A DNA stretch of 30,828 nt from a virus (taxonomy: Duplodnaviria; Caudoviricetes): IMG/VR virus record IMGVR_UViG_3300020044_004535, positions 1 to 30,828 of that record; one strand, 5' to 3'. Made by a program: the position numbers and the translations under genes. Position 1 is the first letter of the stretch. Each line of letters begins with the position of its first letter. Under the pieces are notes generated by a model. The model was not told the DNA's origin. It made no database searches and was given only the letters and a program-made list of their open reading frames with translations. Below, piece after piece: positions 24,225 through 30,828 of the stretch.

Positions 24225-25739
24225 TTAAGAGTAAGCAATCCCAACTATCTCACCATTGTCATAAGACATCGTTTTGACAAGATCAATGCCGTTTGGCGTT
24301 GCCCCTGATAGCGTGACTGTTGTTATATTTCCGCCTGAGTAAGCTAACGTTTTTGTAATGCCATTGGTGTACACAACAGAGCTTAACTCACCATCATTGT
24401 AATTTAAAGTAGCATTAGAAGCTGCAAGATTCTTTGAGACGGTCTCAAAGGTTTGTTTTACATGGGCGTTTTCGTCTACGGGCGTGACGCGCACCATGAT
24501 TTCGCCGTTTGTGTGATGGTCTGTGACCACAAAGGCAACTGGCATTTTTAGACCAGTCAAAGGCTCTACATTGGTGAACTTTCCTACCTCAGTAGTTGAA
24601 ATCCAAAGAACTTGGCCTTCATTCCATGCCGTAGTATCAAAGCCGCGCACCTTGCCAGTGTCCACCACATCGCCCGTAGCATCTACGGCAATGTCAGCGC
24701 CAGCCACGCCAATCAGATACTTGTAATTGTCAGGGTCTGTGCCATCCATCGGGGCAATTGTGATAATGCCAGAAGCGCCTAAAGTGCCTGTGGCCATCAC
24801 GGGCGCGCCTTTAGGGATTAACGCGCCGCTAGTGTTCTTGCCTGCCACCGCTACCGTGTAAGCAGTGCCGCCGCCACCACCACCACCGACAGCGACATAA
24901 GCAGTTACATCCCAAACATACATTGTGTATGGGTCTGTCGATGTGTCAAAGTACAAAACCTGCGCTTTGCCACTAGCAGGGAAATTAGCCACACCGTCTG
25001 CGAATTGCTGGATGGTCAAAGAGCCTGCGCCCATGCTTGCAACCTGTGCAAGTCCTTTCAGCTCTACCCATTGCCCCCAAGTGCCATCGGGTCGCTCAAA
25101 GCGTAAGCGTGTCCCATCCCATTGGTGTGCAGGCATATCGCCTTTGTCACCTTTTTCGCCTTTTGCCCCGTCTTTACCGTCTTGGCCTCTATCGCCTTTG
25201 TCGCCCTTCTCACCTTTTAGTGAAGCAATAAACTGTTCAAGCGTGCCAGAGAAGCCCAAGGACTGAGCCAGTTCATAAGCGCTCAAACCGTCTAAAGCCT
25301 TGAGAGAATCAATCCATTCTTTCTCAGTGCCATCGAATCCATTGTGCAAAGCTAGCTCATAGGCGCTTGAACCGTCCGAACCATGCAAGGATTGAAGCCA
25401 AACGGATTCATCGCCTTCAAAACCTTTGGAGACTGCGATTTCATAGGCGTTTAAACCGTCCGAACCCATCAAAGACTTGAGCCATGCGGATTCATCACCA
25501 TCGAAACCTTTTGACACGGCAACTTGATAAGCAGAATCACCACGCAAAGCCAAGCGGTCAGCATTTGCAGCCTTTTGCGCTTCTTCGTGTGTCACCATCT
25601 CGACTAGCTCATATTCTGGGCCTGTGTAGCCCATCTCACGCGCTGCGTCAAAACCTTTGGCCTTGTATGTTTCAAAAACAAACTCAGCCGCTGTGCCTGT
25701 GTACCCATCAATTCTTGCGCGATCAAAAATGCTCAACAT
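24225..25739 (-). CDS. collagen-like repeat protein, probable head fibre/decoration
   Basis: Four SAY(E/Q).A...GF.G.E..WL.SL.G.DG-type repeats, Gly-X-Y run, HQWDGTRLRF..PDG.WG.W..LKG, poly-Gly hinge, cement-like C-domain; start ATG 25739 after GGAG. Confidence 0.75.
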   Translation of the reverse strand: MLSIFDRARIDGYTGTAAEFVFETYKAKGFDAAREMGYTGPEYELVEMVTHEEAQKAANADRLALRGDSAYQVAVSKGFDGDESAWLKSLMGSDGLNAYEIAVSKGFEGDESVWLQSLHGSDGSSAYELALHNGFDGTEKEWIDSLKALDGLSAYELAQSLGFSGTLEQFIASLKGEKGDKGDRGQDGKDGAKGEKGDKGDMPAHQWDGTRLRFERPDGTWGQWVELKGLAQVASMGAGSLTIQQFADGVANFPASGKAQVLYFDTSTDPYTMYVWDVTAYVAVGGGGGGGTAYTVAVAGKNTSGALIPKGAPVMATGTLGASGIITIAPMDGTDPDNYKYLIGVAGADIAVDATGDVVDTGKVRGFDTTAWNEGQVLWISTTEVGKFTNVEPLTGLKMPVAFVVTDHHTNGEIMVRVTPVDENAHVKQTFETVSKNLAASNATLNYNDGELSSVVYTNGITKTLAYSGGNITTVTLSGATPNGIDLVKTMSYDNGEIVGIAYS

Positions 25740-26485
25740 GTTAAATCTCCAAATTCCCACGAATATCCGTAGGCTATTTTGTACTTACCCCTGCATGCGC
25801 TAGAAATATTCTGTGGCGCTGCTTTTGGATAACCATTGTTTTTTAGCCAATCACTTGCAACATAAGCAGATTCAAATTGCATGTTTAATTCTTTACATAT
25901 TACTTTTTTGCTTTTTGCTTTTCTAATTTTGTCTTTTGTTTCATTGCTCAAACTTTTACCAGAGTGAGCAAAAGACATTTTTGCTTTTGTTTCATCAGTA
26001 TGCAAAATGCCAAATCTATTGTGTTTTTGTCCTTGTTTTGCATCAGATAATTTTTTTCTTGTTTCATTTGTTGGCTTTTTTCCAATCCTTGCCAATGACA
26101 TTTTTTTTCTTATTTCTTCAGAATAAATCCTACCAAGCGAGTTTTTGTTTCCGACATTTCCATCCGATATTTTCTTTCTGGTTAGCTCAGACACAATACG
26201 ACCAGAAGCGCCTTCTCCACCATCTGTGATATTTATCAAAGGCCCTTTGTTATTAGATTGTTTGCCTAGAAAATCAATTGCAAATGTCTCAAGCTCAAAA
26301 GATTCCTTCTCTGATAATTTTTCATCTATCAAAACAACATCATAACCATGCTTTTTTACAATCCTTTTCCAAAGCTCACTTCGTCCGTGTTTTTTCCAAG
26401 CTCTTGATTTAGAGCCTTTGCCAATGTAAAACGGCACTCCATCTGATTGCCTTTTATGCATGTAAACATAAAAATCAGTCAACAT
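25733..26485 (-). CDS. GIY-YIG homing endonuclease with NUMOD3 repeats and C-terminal NUMOD1-like HTH
   Basis: FYVY.H......PFYIGKG...R; repeated (S/T)xETR.K(I/M/L)S..+.G; F.SA..A...L.....NIS.AC.G....AYGY.W; AT-rich. Confidence 0.88.
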   Translation of the reverse strand: MLTDFYVYMHKRQSDGVPFYIGKGSKSRAWKKHGRSELWKRIVKKHGYDVVLIDEKLSEKESFELETFAIDFLGKQSNNKGPLINITDGGEGASGRIVSELTRKKISDGNVGNKNSLGRIYSEEIRKKMSLARIGKKPTNETRKKLSDAKQGQKHNRFGILHTDETKAKMSFAHSGKSLSNETKDKIRKAKSKKVICKELNMQFESAYVASDWLKNNGYPKAAPQNISSACRGKYKIAYGYSWEFGDLTC

Positions 26486-27842
26486 TTAAGATGCCTTTAC
26501 GGATGCGGTCAATCATGGCGCGGGTTTGCTCCTGCGTATCGTCTTGGTTGTTATCAGGCGTGTCGTTTTGCTGATTGTCCTGCGAATCCTTTTGTGATTG
26601 CATCGCCTCAAATTCCATTGATCGAAGTTTAGACAAATCCTCAGTCGAGTAATTCTGAACTTGTAGAAACGGCGAATCTCCACCCTTAACAGATGGCAAG
26701 TTCAAACGCTTACGACCCTCATTAGGAGCCAAGAAACCACCCTTAATGCCTTCGCTGATCGTAGAGTAGATACTTGTAGTATCCATGCGGCTCAAGCCCT
26801 CTAAATCGAGTTCTACCATGTATCGTTCAGGCAGCTCTAAACCTTCATCTAGGCAAAGCTCCATTGATTCAATGATAGGTTGCAAACAATCGGCATAATA
26901 GTAGCCATGCTCGATTTGCACGTTGTTTGAAACTGGCAATGCGCCTGTCTGCAACTTGGTGAGCGGGTAGCGGAAAGCCCTTGCAATGTCTTGTACTGAA
27001 AGCTTCAATTGGTTAATCAATTCAGCGTCTACGGCTGTCATTGTCAATTGTTCAAACTTCAAGCCATCGCCCAAAACGGCAACCTTGCCAGAATTGTCGC
27101 CTGTGTAGTTGTTTTCCCAATGCGCCTTCAATCTTGCGGCTGTTTCTTCGCTGATACGGGCAGGAGCGGTTAAAACACCACCAGGGGCGCTTTTATTCTT
27201 GAAGAATCCTTCGCTCTGATCCATGATATTGAGGCCAACAGATGCCGATTGTGTAGCAGCATAAAGAGGCGAAACACCGACTAGAGGATGATAGAGACAT
27301 ACGCCACGATCATGGATAACCTCACTTGCGGGAATAGTCACATCTTGATTCTGAGTTAAGTTATCACGGCGCAATTGATAATAGACTTGACCATCATCAG
27401 CCACCAAAACAGTGACATTAGCAGGGGCTAGGATTTGCAAGCCCGTAACAATTCCTCGGTTATCGCGTTCTTTGAGTGCGTAGGTATTGCCATAAAGCAG
27501 CTTAGACAAAACCCAGTTTTCAATAAACTTGATGCGGTTTTGGTAGCGGTTTGGTTTTTTCAAGACACGCGCATAAGGCGAAGATGCTGATTCTTCTAAG
27601 ATGCCTTCGCTGTTTCGTGTCATTAAGCGTGGTTGCAGTTTGGCAATATCAAGCGAGATGCCAGACACGCAAGCAAAGACAGCCGAGAAGCGAAGTACAG
27701 ATTCTGTGGTGAGTTCTTTGTTTTGTTGCCAAGCACCAGCGAAAGGCTCACGAATTACGGGCCACCAACCACCAGCACCAGCGCGGTTATCAACTGGGCT
27801 TAATGCTTTGGAGCGCCCAAACTCGAAGCCTAAGATATTCAT
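26475..27842 (-). CDS. portal protein, HK97 family
   Basis: SAVFACV..I..DIAKL, PN.YQ, LL.GN.Y, EVIHDR, G.SPL, N.GK.AVL..GLKF, PNE.R...NLP...GGD. Confidence 0.93.
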   Translation of the reverse strand: MNILGFEFGRSKALSPVDNRAGAGGWWPVIREPFAGAWQQNKELTTESVLRFSAVFACVSGISLDIAKLQPRLMTRNSEGILEESASSPYARVLKKPNRYQNRIKFIENWVLSKLLYGNTYALKERDNRGIVTGLQILAPANVTVLVADDGQVYYQLRRDNLTQNQDVTIPASEVIHDRGVCLYHPLVGVSPLYAATQSASVGLNIMDQSEGFFKNKSAPGGVLTAPARISEETAARLKAHWENNYTGDNSGKVAVLGDGLKFEQLTMTAVDAELINQLKLSVQDIARAFRYPLTKLQTGALPVSNNVQIEHGYYYADCLQPIIESMELCLDEGLELPERYMVELDLEGLSRMDTTSIYSTISEGIKGGFLAPNEGRKRLNLPSVKGGDSPFLQVQNYSTEDLSKLRSMEFEAMQSQKDSQDNQQNDTPDNNQDDTQEQTRAMIDRIRKGILNVD

Positions 27843-28003
27843 TCGTCTGCTTTCATCACTTTAGTTTTGTAAGTGCGCTTGGGTTTATCTTCCTCTGCCT
27901 TTTCGTCTTTTGTGACGTACTCTGCTTTTTTAAGCAAAACCAGCGCCTTAGCTAGTTTTTCGTTGACGTTCTTAATCTCGCCTTTGATGATAATTTCAGC
28001 CAT
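27839..28003 (-). CDS. small basic protein between capsid and portal genes (54 aa)
   Basis: Hand-translated MAEIIIKGEIK...KPKRTYKTKVMKADE; AAGGAG SD; ATGA overlap with portal. Confidence 0.7.
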   Translation of the reverse strand: MAEIIIKGEIKNVNEKLAKALVLLKKAEYVTKDEKAEEDKPKRTYKTKVMKADE

Positions 28004-28053
28004 GTTTAAAGCTCCTTTGTTGATATTTTACGCTAAAGATTGATTATGTGTAT

Positions 28054-28078
28054 AAAAAAAGGGCCACCGAAGTGACCC
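28054..28078 (-). terminator. Rho-independent terminator after the major capsid gene
   Basis: GGGTCAC-TTCG-GTGGCCC followed by T7 on the minus strand. Confidence 0.85.
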
Positions 28079-28103
28079 TCAAACCTATTTCTAGGCTAGG
28101 AGA

Positions 28104-30020
28104 TTAAGCGTAAGCTGCACCAGAAATGTACTGGCAGGCTGCGCTGCGGCGCTTAGACCAGTTGATGTAACGCTCTGCGCGGATAGCAATTTCGTTATGT
28201 TGGAACATAGAACGAGTTGCCACCGAGGTAGGTGCGCTGTCCATCATCAAGGTAGCTTCGCGGCTAGTGTCGATCATCACTTGACCGTCATCAGCCAAGT
28301 AGATTTCAGATGCGGCAACCAAGGCCACCACACCAGAAGGCACGTGCTGAGACACGATCACTGGCAAGCCCAACAAAGTGCCGCCGTTCATGGTCATGCC
28401 AGGGAATTCGGCTTGGCCCAATGCGTTTTGCATCAAGCTGAAAGCCAAAGCCTGTGTGCTTTGCATAATCCACACACCATCAGACAATGGGATATTGGCT
28501 GTGATGAAGCGGCCCATCATTACCTTAGCGTCAACCTTGAAAGCATCGTAATCTGTACCAGTTGCAGCCACAGCAGTAGCGCTATTGGTGATAGATGCAG
28601 GAGACACGTTAGACACGGCAGCTTTTGCGGGGTTCACAAAGTCCACATCCAAACGGGCGATCAAGGCTTGAGCCAAGCTATCACGCACCAGCAATTCAGC
28701 GGATGGGCTAGACATACGAACCAGCTCGTCAGTCAAAACGGCAATGTTTGCAACCTTAGCCCAACGCAATTCAACATCATTGAAGTCAAATTTAGTCAGT
28801 GGCTTTGGAGCGCCCTCACCAACCCAGTAGCCTTCACCACCGCTTGTTTCGCCCTTGATTCGGACGTTGAAGGGGATAGAACGCAAAGCAGGGATGCCCA
28901 TTGTGCCAAACTTACCAATGATGGTTTGTGGGCGCAAGAAGCTAATGAAGTCACCAGCAAAATCGTTATATTGAACCAATGGCTCGGCCCAAGTTGCATC
29001 GGTTGTAGTGCCAGATGCTACAGCAGCCTTCAACACACCTTGAATTCGGTGGCTGTCAGGGTATTGAGCTTTGGCGATTTGCTCGGCTTGCATCAAGTTG
29101 CCTTTAGCCTGTGCCAAGCACTTAGCGTAACGGGCGAATTCTTGACCTGGGGCGAGGTTATCGCGCACAGTGATAACACCAGCGCGGTTGTCTGCTGCAC
29201 CTTTAGCAGTGTCACCAACCACTGGTTTAGCAGTAGCAATGGATGATTTCTCAGCGGTTTGCAGGCGCTCGATGTGCTTTTCAACGGCAGCGATTTCGGC
29301 AACAGCTTGGTCATAAGACTCAGATTCTGTAGCGTCAAGAGTGCGGCCTTCATCGGCTGATTTTTGGAGGATGCCGTTTGCAGTAGTTTGCAATTCGGTC
29401 TTACGGGCTTCGAAGCCCTTGATTTGCTCGGCAAAAGTTTTCATTTGATTGTTTTCCTGTGTGGATTTAATGGAGACTGTTTTACCCACATCGGCGGGTG
29501 AGGTTTTTTTTACCTTTGATGTACCAAACGAGGTTTCAGCGGTAAAAAACTTGTTGATCTCTGCGTCTTTAAGACCCAAAGATTTAGCGACAGCAAGAGC
29601 TTGCGGGTGTGCAGGCACAGAAACGAGACTTGCCTCATGTAATGCCCACTTAGTGAAGCGATAGCCGCCGCCTTTGATTGGTTCGTATTCTTGGGCGCTG
29701 AATCCGATAGATACAGCCTTGAGAATCTTTTGTTCAACCAGTGAACGCAGGGTGTCGATGTAATCCGAAGTGCCTTTAGCAGCCATTTTCAGATCTGCTA
29801 ACAACTTACCGCCTTCAAATCGCACGTTTTCCCATACGCCAATTGGCTGATTATGGTCGTGAAAGGCCAAAGCAATTGGATTAGCTTTGAAGTCTGTCAG
29901 GTCTACGGATGATTTATTTACATCAACAATATCACCGTGACGATCAACAACACCATCCACCGATAACGCAAAGGTAAACGGGGATTCTGTTTGAACGCCT
30001 GATTTTTGAACTTGTTTCAT
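28104..30020 (-). CDS. fused prohead protease + HK97-fold major capsid protein
   Basis: N-term VDRHGDIV, NPIAL..HDH.QPIG, AVSIGF, E.SLVSVPA (HK97 protease); C-term WVGEG..KP, K.A.I..LT.EL, G.LLGLPV.VS, SMFQ...AIRAER; start likely ATG 30020. Confidence 0.92.
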   Translation of the reverse strand: MKQVQKSGVQTESPFTFALSVDGVVDRHGDIVDVNKSSVDLTDFKANPIALAFHDHNQPIGVWENVRFEGGKLLADLKMAAKGTSDYIDTLRSLVEQKILKAVSIGFSAQEYEPIKGGGYRFTKWALHEASLVSVPAHPQALAVAKSLGLKDAEINKFFTAETSFGTSKVKKTSPADVGKTVSIKSTQENNQMKTFAEQIKGFEARKTELQTTANGILQKSADEGRTLDATESESYDQAVAEIAAVEKHIERLQTAEKSSIATAKPVVGDTAKGAADNRAGVITVRDNLAPGQEFARYAKCLAQAKGNLMQAEQIAKAQYPDSHRIQGVLKAAVASGTTTDATWAEPLVQYNDFAGDFISFLRPQTIIGKFGTMGIPALRSIPFNVRIKGETSGGEGYWVGEGAPKPLTKFDFNDVELRWAKVANIAVLTDELVRMSSPSAELLVRDSLAQALIARLDVDFVNPAKAAVSNVSPASITNSATAVAATGTDYDAFKVDAKVMMGRFITANIPLSDGVWIMQSTQALAFSLMQNALGQAEFPGMTMNGGTLLGLPVIVSQHVPSGVVALVAASEIYLADDGQVMIDTSREATLMMDSAPTSVATRSMFQHNEIAIRAERYINWSKRRSAACQYISGAAYA

Positions 30021-30026
30021 AGCTTT

Positions 30027-30056
30027 ATTATCCTTACAAAAGCCTTTCGTTGTCAA
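30027..30056 (-). promoter_or_regulatory. sigma70-like promoter TTGACA-18-GATAAT
   Basis: Perfect -35, 5/6 -10; a TGTTACAAT extended -10 also lies just upstream. Confidence 0.5.
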
Positions 30057-30074
30057 ATTGTAACAAAAACAAGT

Positions 30075-30828
30075 TTACATAACAAACATTTGAAACTCGG
30101 GCGTTTCTTCTTGCTCTTGCTTTGCAGCGATACCCATAGCCATAGCCAAAGCAATTGCTCCATCTATGCGGCCTGTTGACTTTGCCTTGTTAAGTTTTCT
30201 ATTGCCAGCAGCATCTTGCTCGACTCGACAGTTTGAAATACACATCGCCAATACGGGATTATTAGCGTGAAGCATATGGGCATTTAAAAGCTCAGTCTCT
30301 AGCGCATCAATGGCAGGAGACATGGAGCCAAAACCTTGACCAAATGGAACTAGTGGCAATTCAGCGCCCATTCGGTTAAACGAAGCTTTTAGAACGTCCA
30401 TGCGCCATCTGTCAAAGGCCACAGACTTGACGTTATAGGGCGTGAGAATCTCGGCTATCTCTACGGCTAATTCATCGTAATCAATCGAAGCATCACCAAT
30501 GGCGCGGATAAATCCTTGCTTTTCCCATACATCATAAGGTGCGCGATCACGCTTGGCGCGGTCTAACAATGTGGCTTTTGGTGTCCAGAAATACGCCTTT
30601 ACGTGCCATTTCTCACGGTAGGCAACTAAAACCATAGAGGTTAAGTCGTTCTTTGCAGAAAGGTCTAGGCCACAATAAACGTCCTCATTCTCGAAAACAT
30701 CTTCATCAAATGCACCTCCGTTACTCTGCCAAACACCACGCGCCACAAATGGAGAAGACATTTCTACCCGTTGATTTAGCACCAAGTTTCTAAATGTTGC
30801 CTCTGCTGATGGCAATAGAAAACTTAAC
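30075..30828 (-). CDS. terL: terminase large subunit, C-terminal nuclease domain (5'-truncated)
   Basis: FRNL.LNQR, CGLDLS..NDLT, FDRW, QGF.SMSPA, GNRKL.K.KSTGRIDG..ALAMA. Confidence 0.93.
   Translation of the reverse strand, partial: LSFLLPSAEATFRNLVLNQRVEMSSPFVARGVWQSNGGAFDEDVFENEDVYCGLDLSAKNDLTSMVLVAYREKWHVKAYFWTPKATLLDRAKRDRAPYDVWEKQGFIRAIGDASIDYDELAVEIAEILTPYNVKSVAFDRWRMDVLKASFNRMGAELPLVPFGQGFGSMSPAIDALETELLNAHMLHANNPVLAMCISNCRVEQDAAGNRKLNKAKSTGRIDGAIALAMAMGIAAKQEQEETPEFQMFVM

Noticed and set aside
25733-26485. Intron- or intein-encoded endonuclease
   Set aside because: The portal and downstream genes appear complete and there is no room for intron core structure; it is free-standing
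28197-29246. 349-aa + strand ORF
   Set aside because: Antisense shadow of the codon-biased major capsid gene; no recognisable motifs or SD
1-30828. CRISPR array, tRNA, alternative genetic code
   Set aside because: No regularly spaced repeats or cloverleaf noticed by eye; genes are intact in the standard code and use normal stops

Overview
This window is a ~31 kb fragment of a long-tailed (siphovirus-type, HK97/lambdoid) dsDNA phage or prophage of a Gram-negative host. Bases 1-4174 (+ strand) are tightly coupled early/middle genes: small ORFs, a winged-HTH protein, a VRR-NUC-like nuclease, an ERF recombinase and NinB. Bases 4171-30828 (- strand) are the morphogenesis/lysis arm. In transcription order it encodes TerL, a fused prohead protease-major capsid protein, portal, a ~7.7 kb accessory block, the neck genes, tail tube, an HNH endonuclease, an AT-rich lipoprotein moron, G/GT chaperones joined by a -1 frameshift, tape measure, tail tip, tail fibre, holin and a DUF5675-type endolysin candidate. 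The accessory block holds a GIY-YIG endonuclease, a collagen/repeat protein, membrane proteins, an oppositely oriented YadA-like autotransporter, an 844-aa protein and a Gp49-like protein. The most unusual signals are non-coding. (i) A GTAAG-N6-GTAAG promoter architecture is shared by the erf operon and the two cell-surface morons. (ii) A compact three-way-junction plus pseudoknot RNA sits between a perfect extended -10 promoter and the HNH gene. (iii) Several sigma70-like promoters lie inside the late arm. No integrase, repressor, tRNA or CRISPR array was seen. All family assignments come from visual motif recognition, not database searches.
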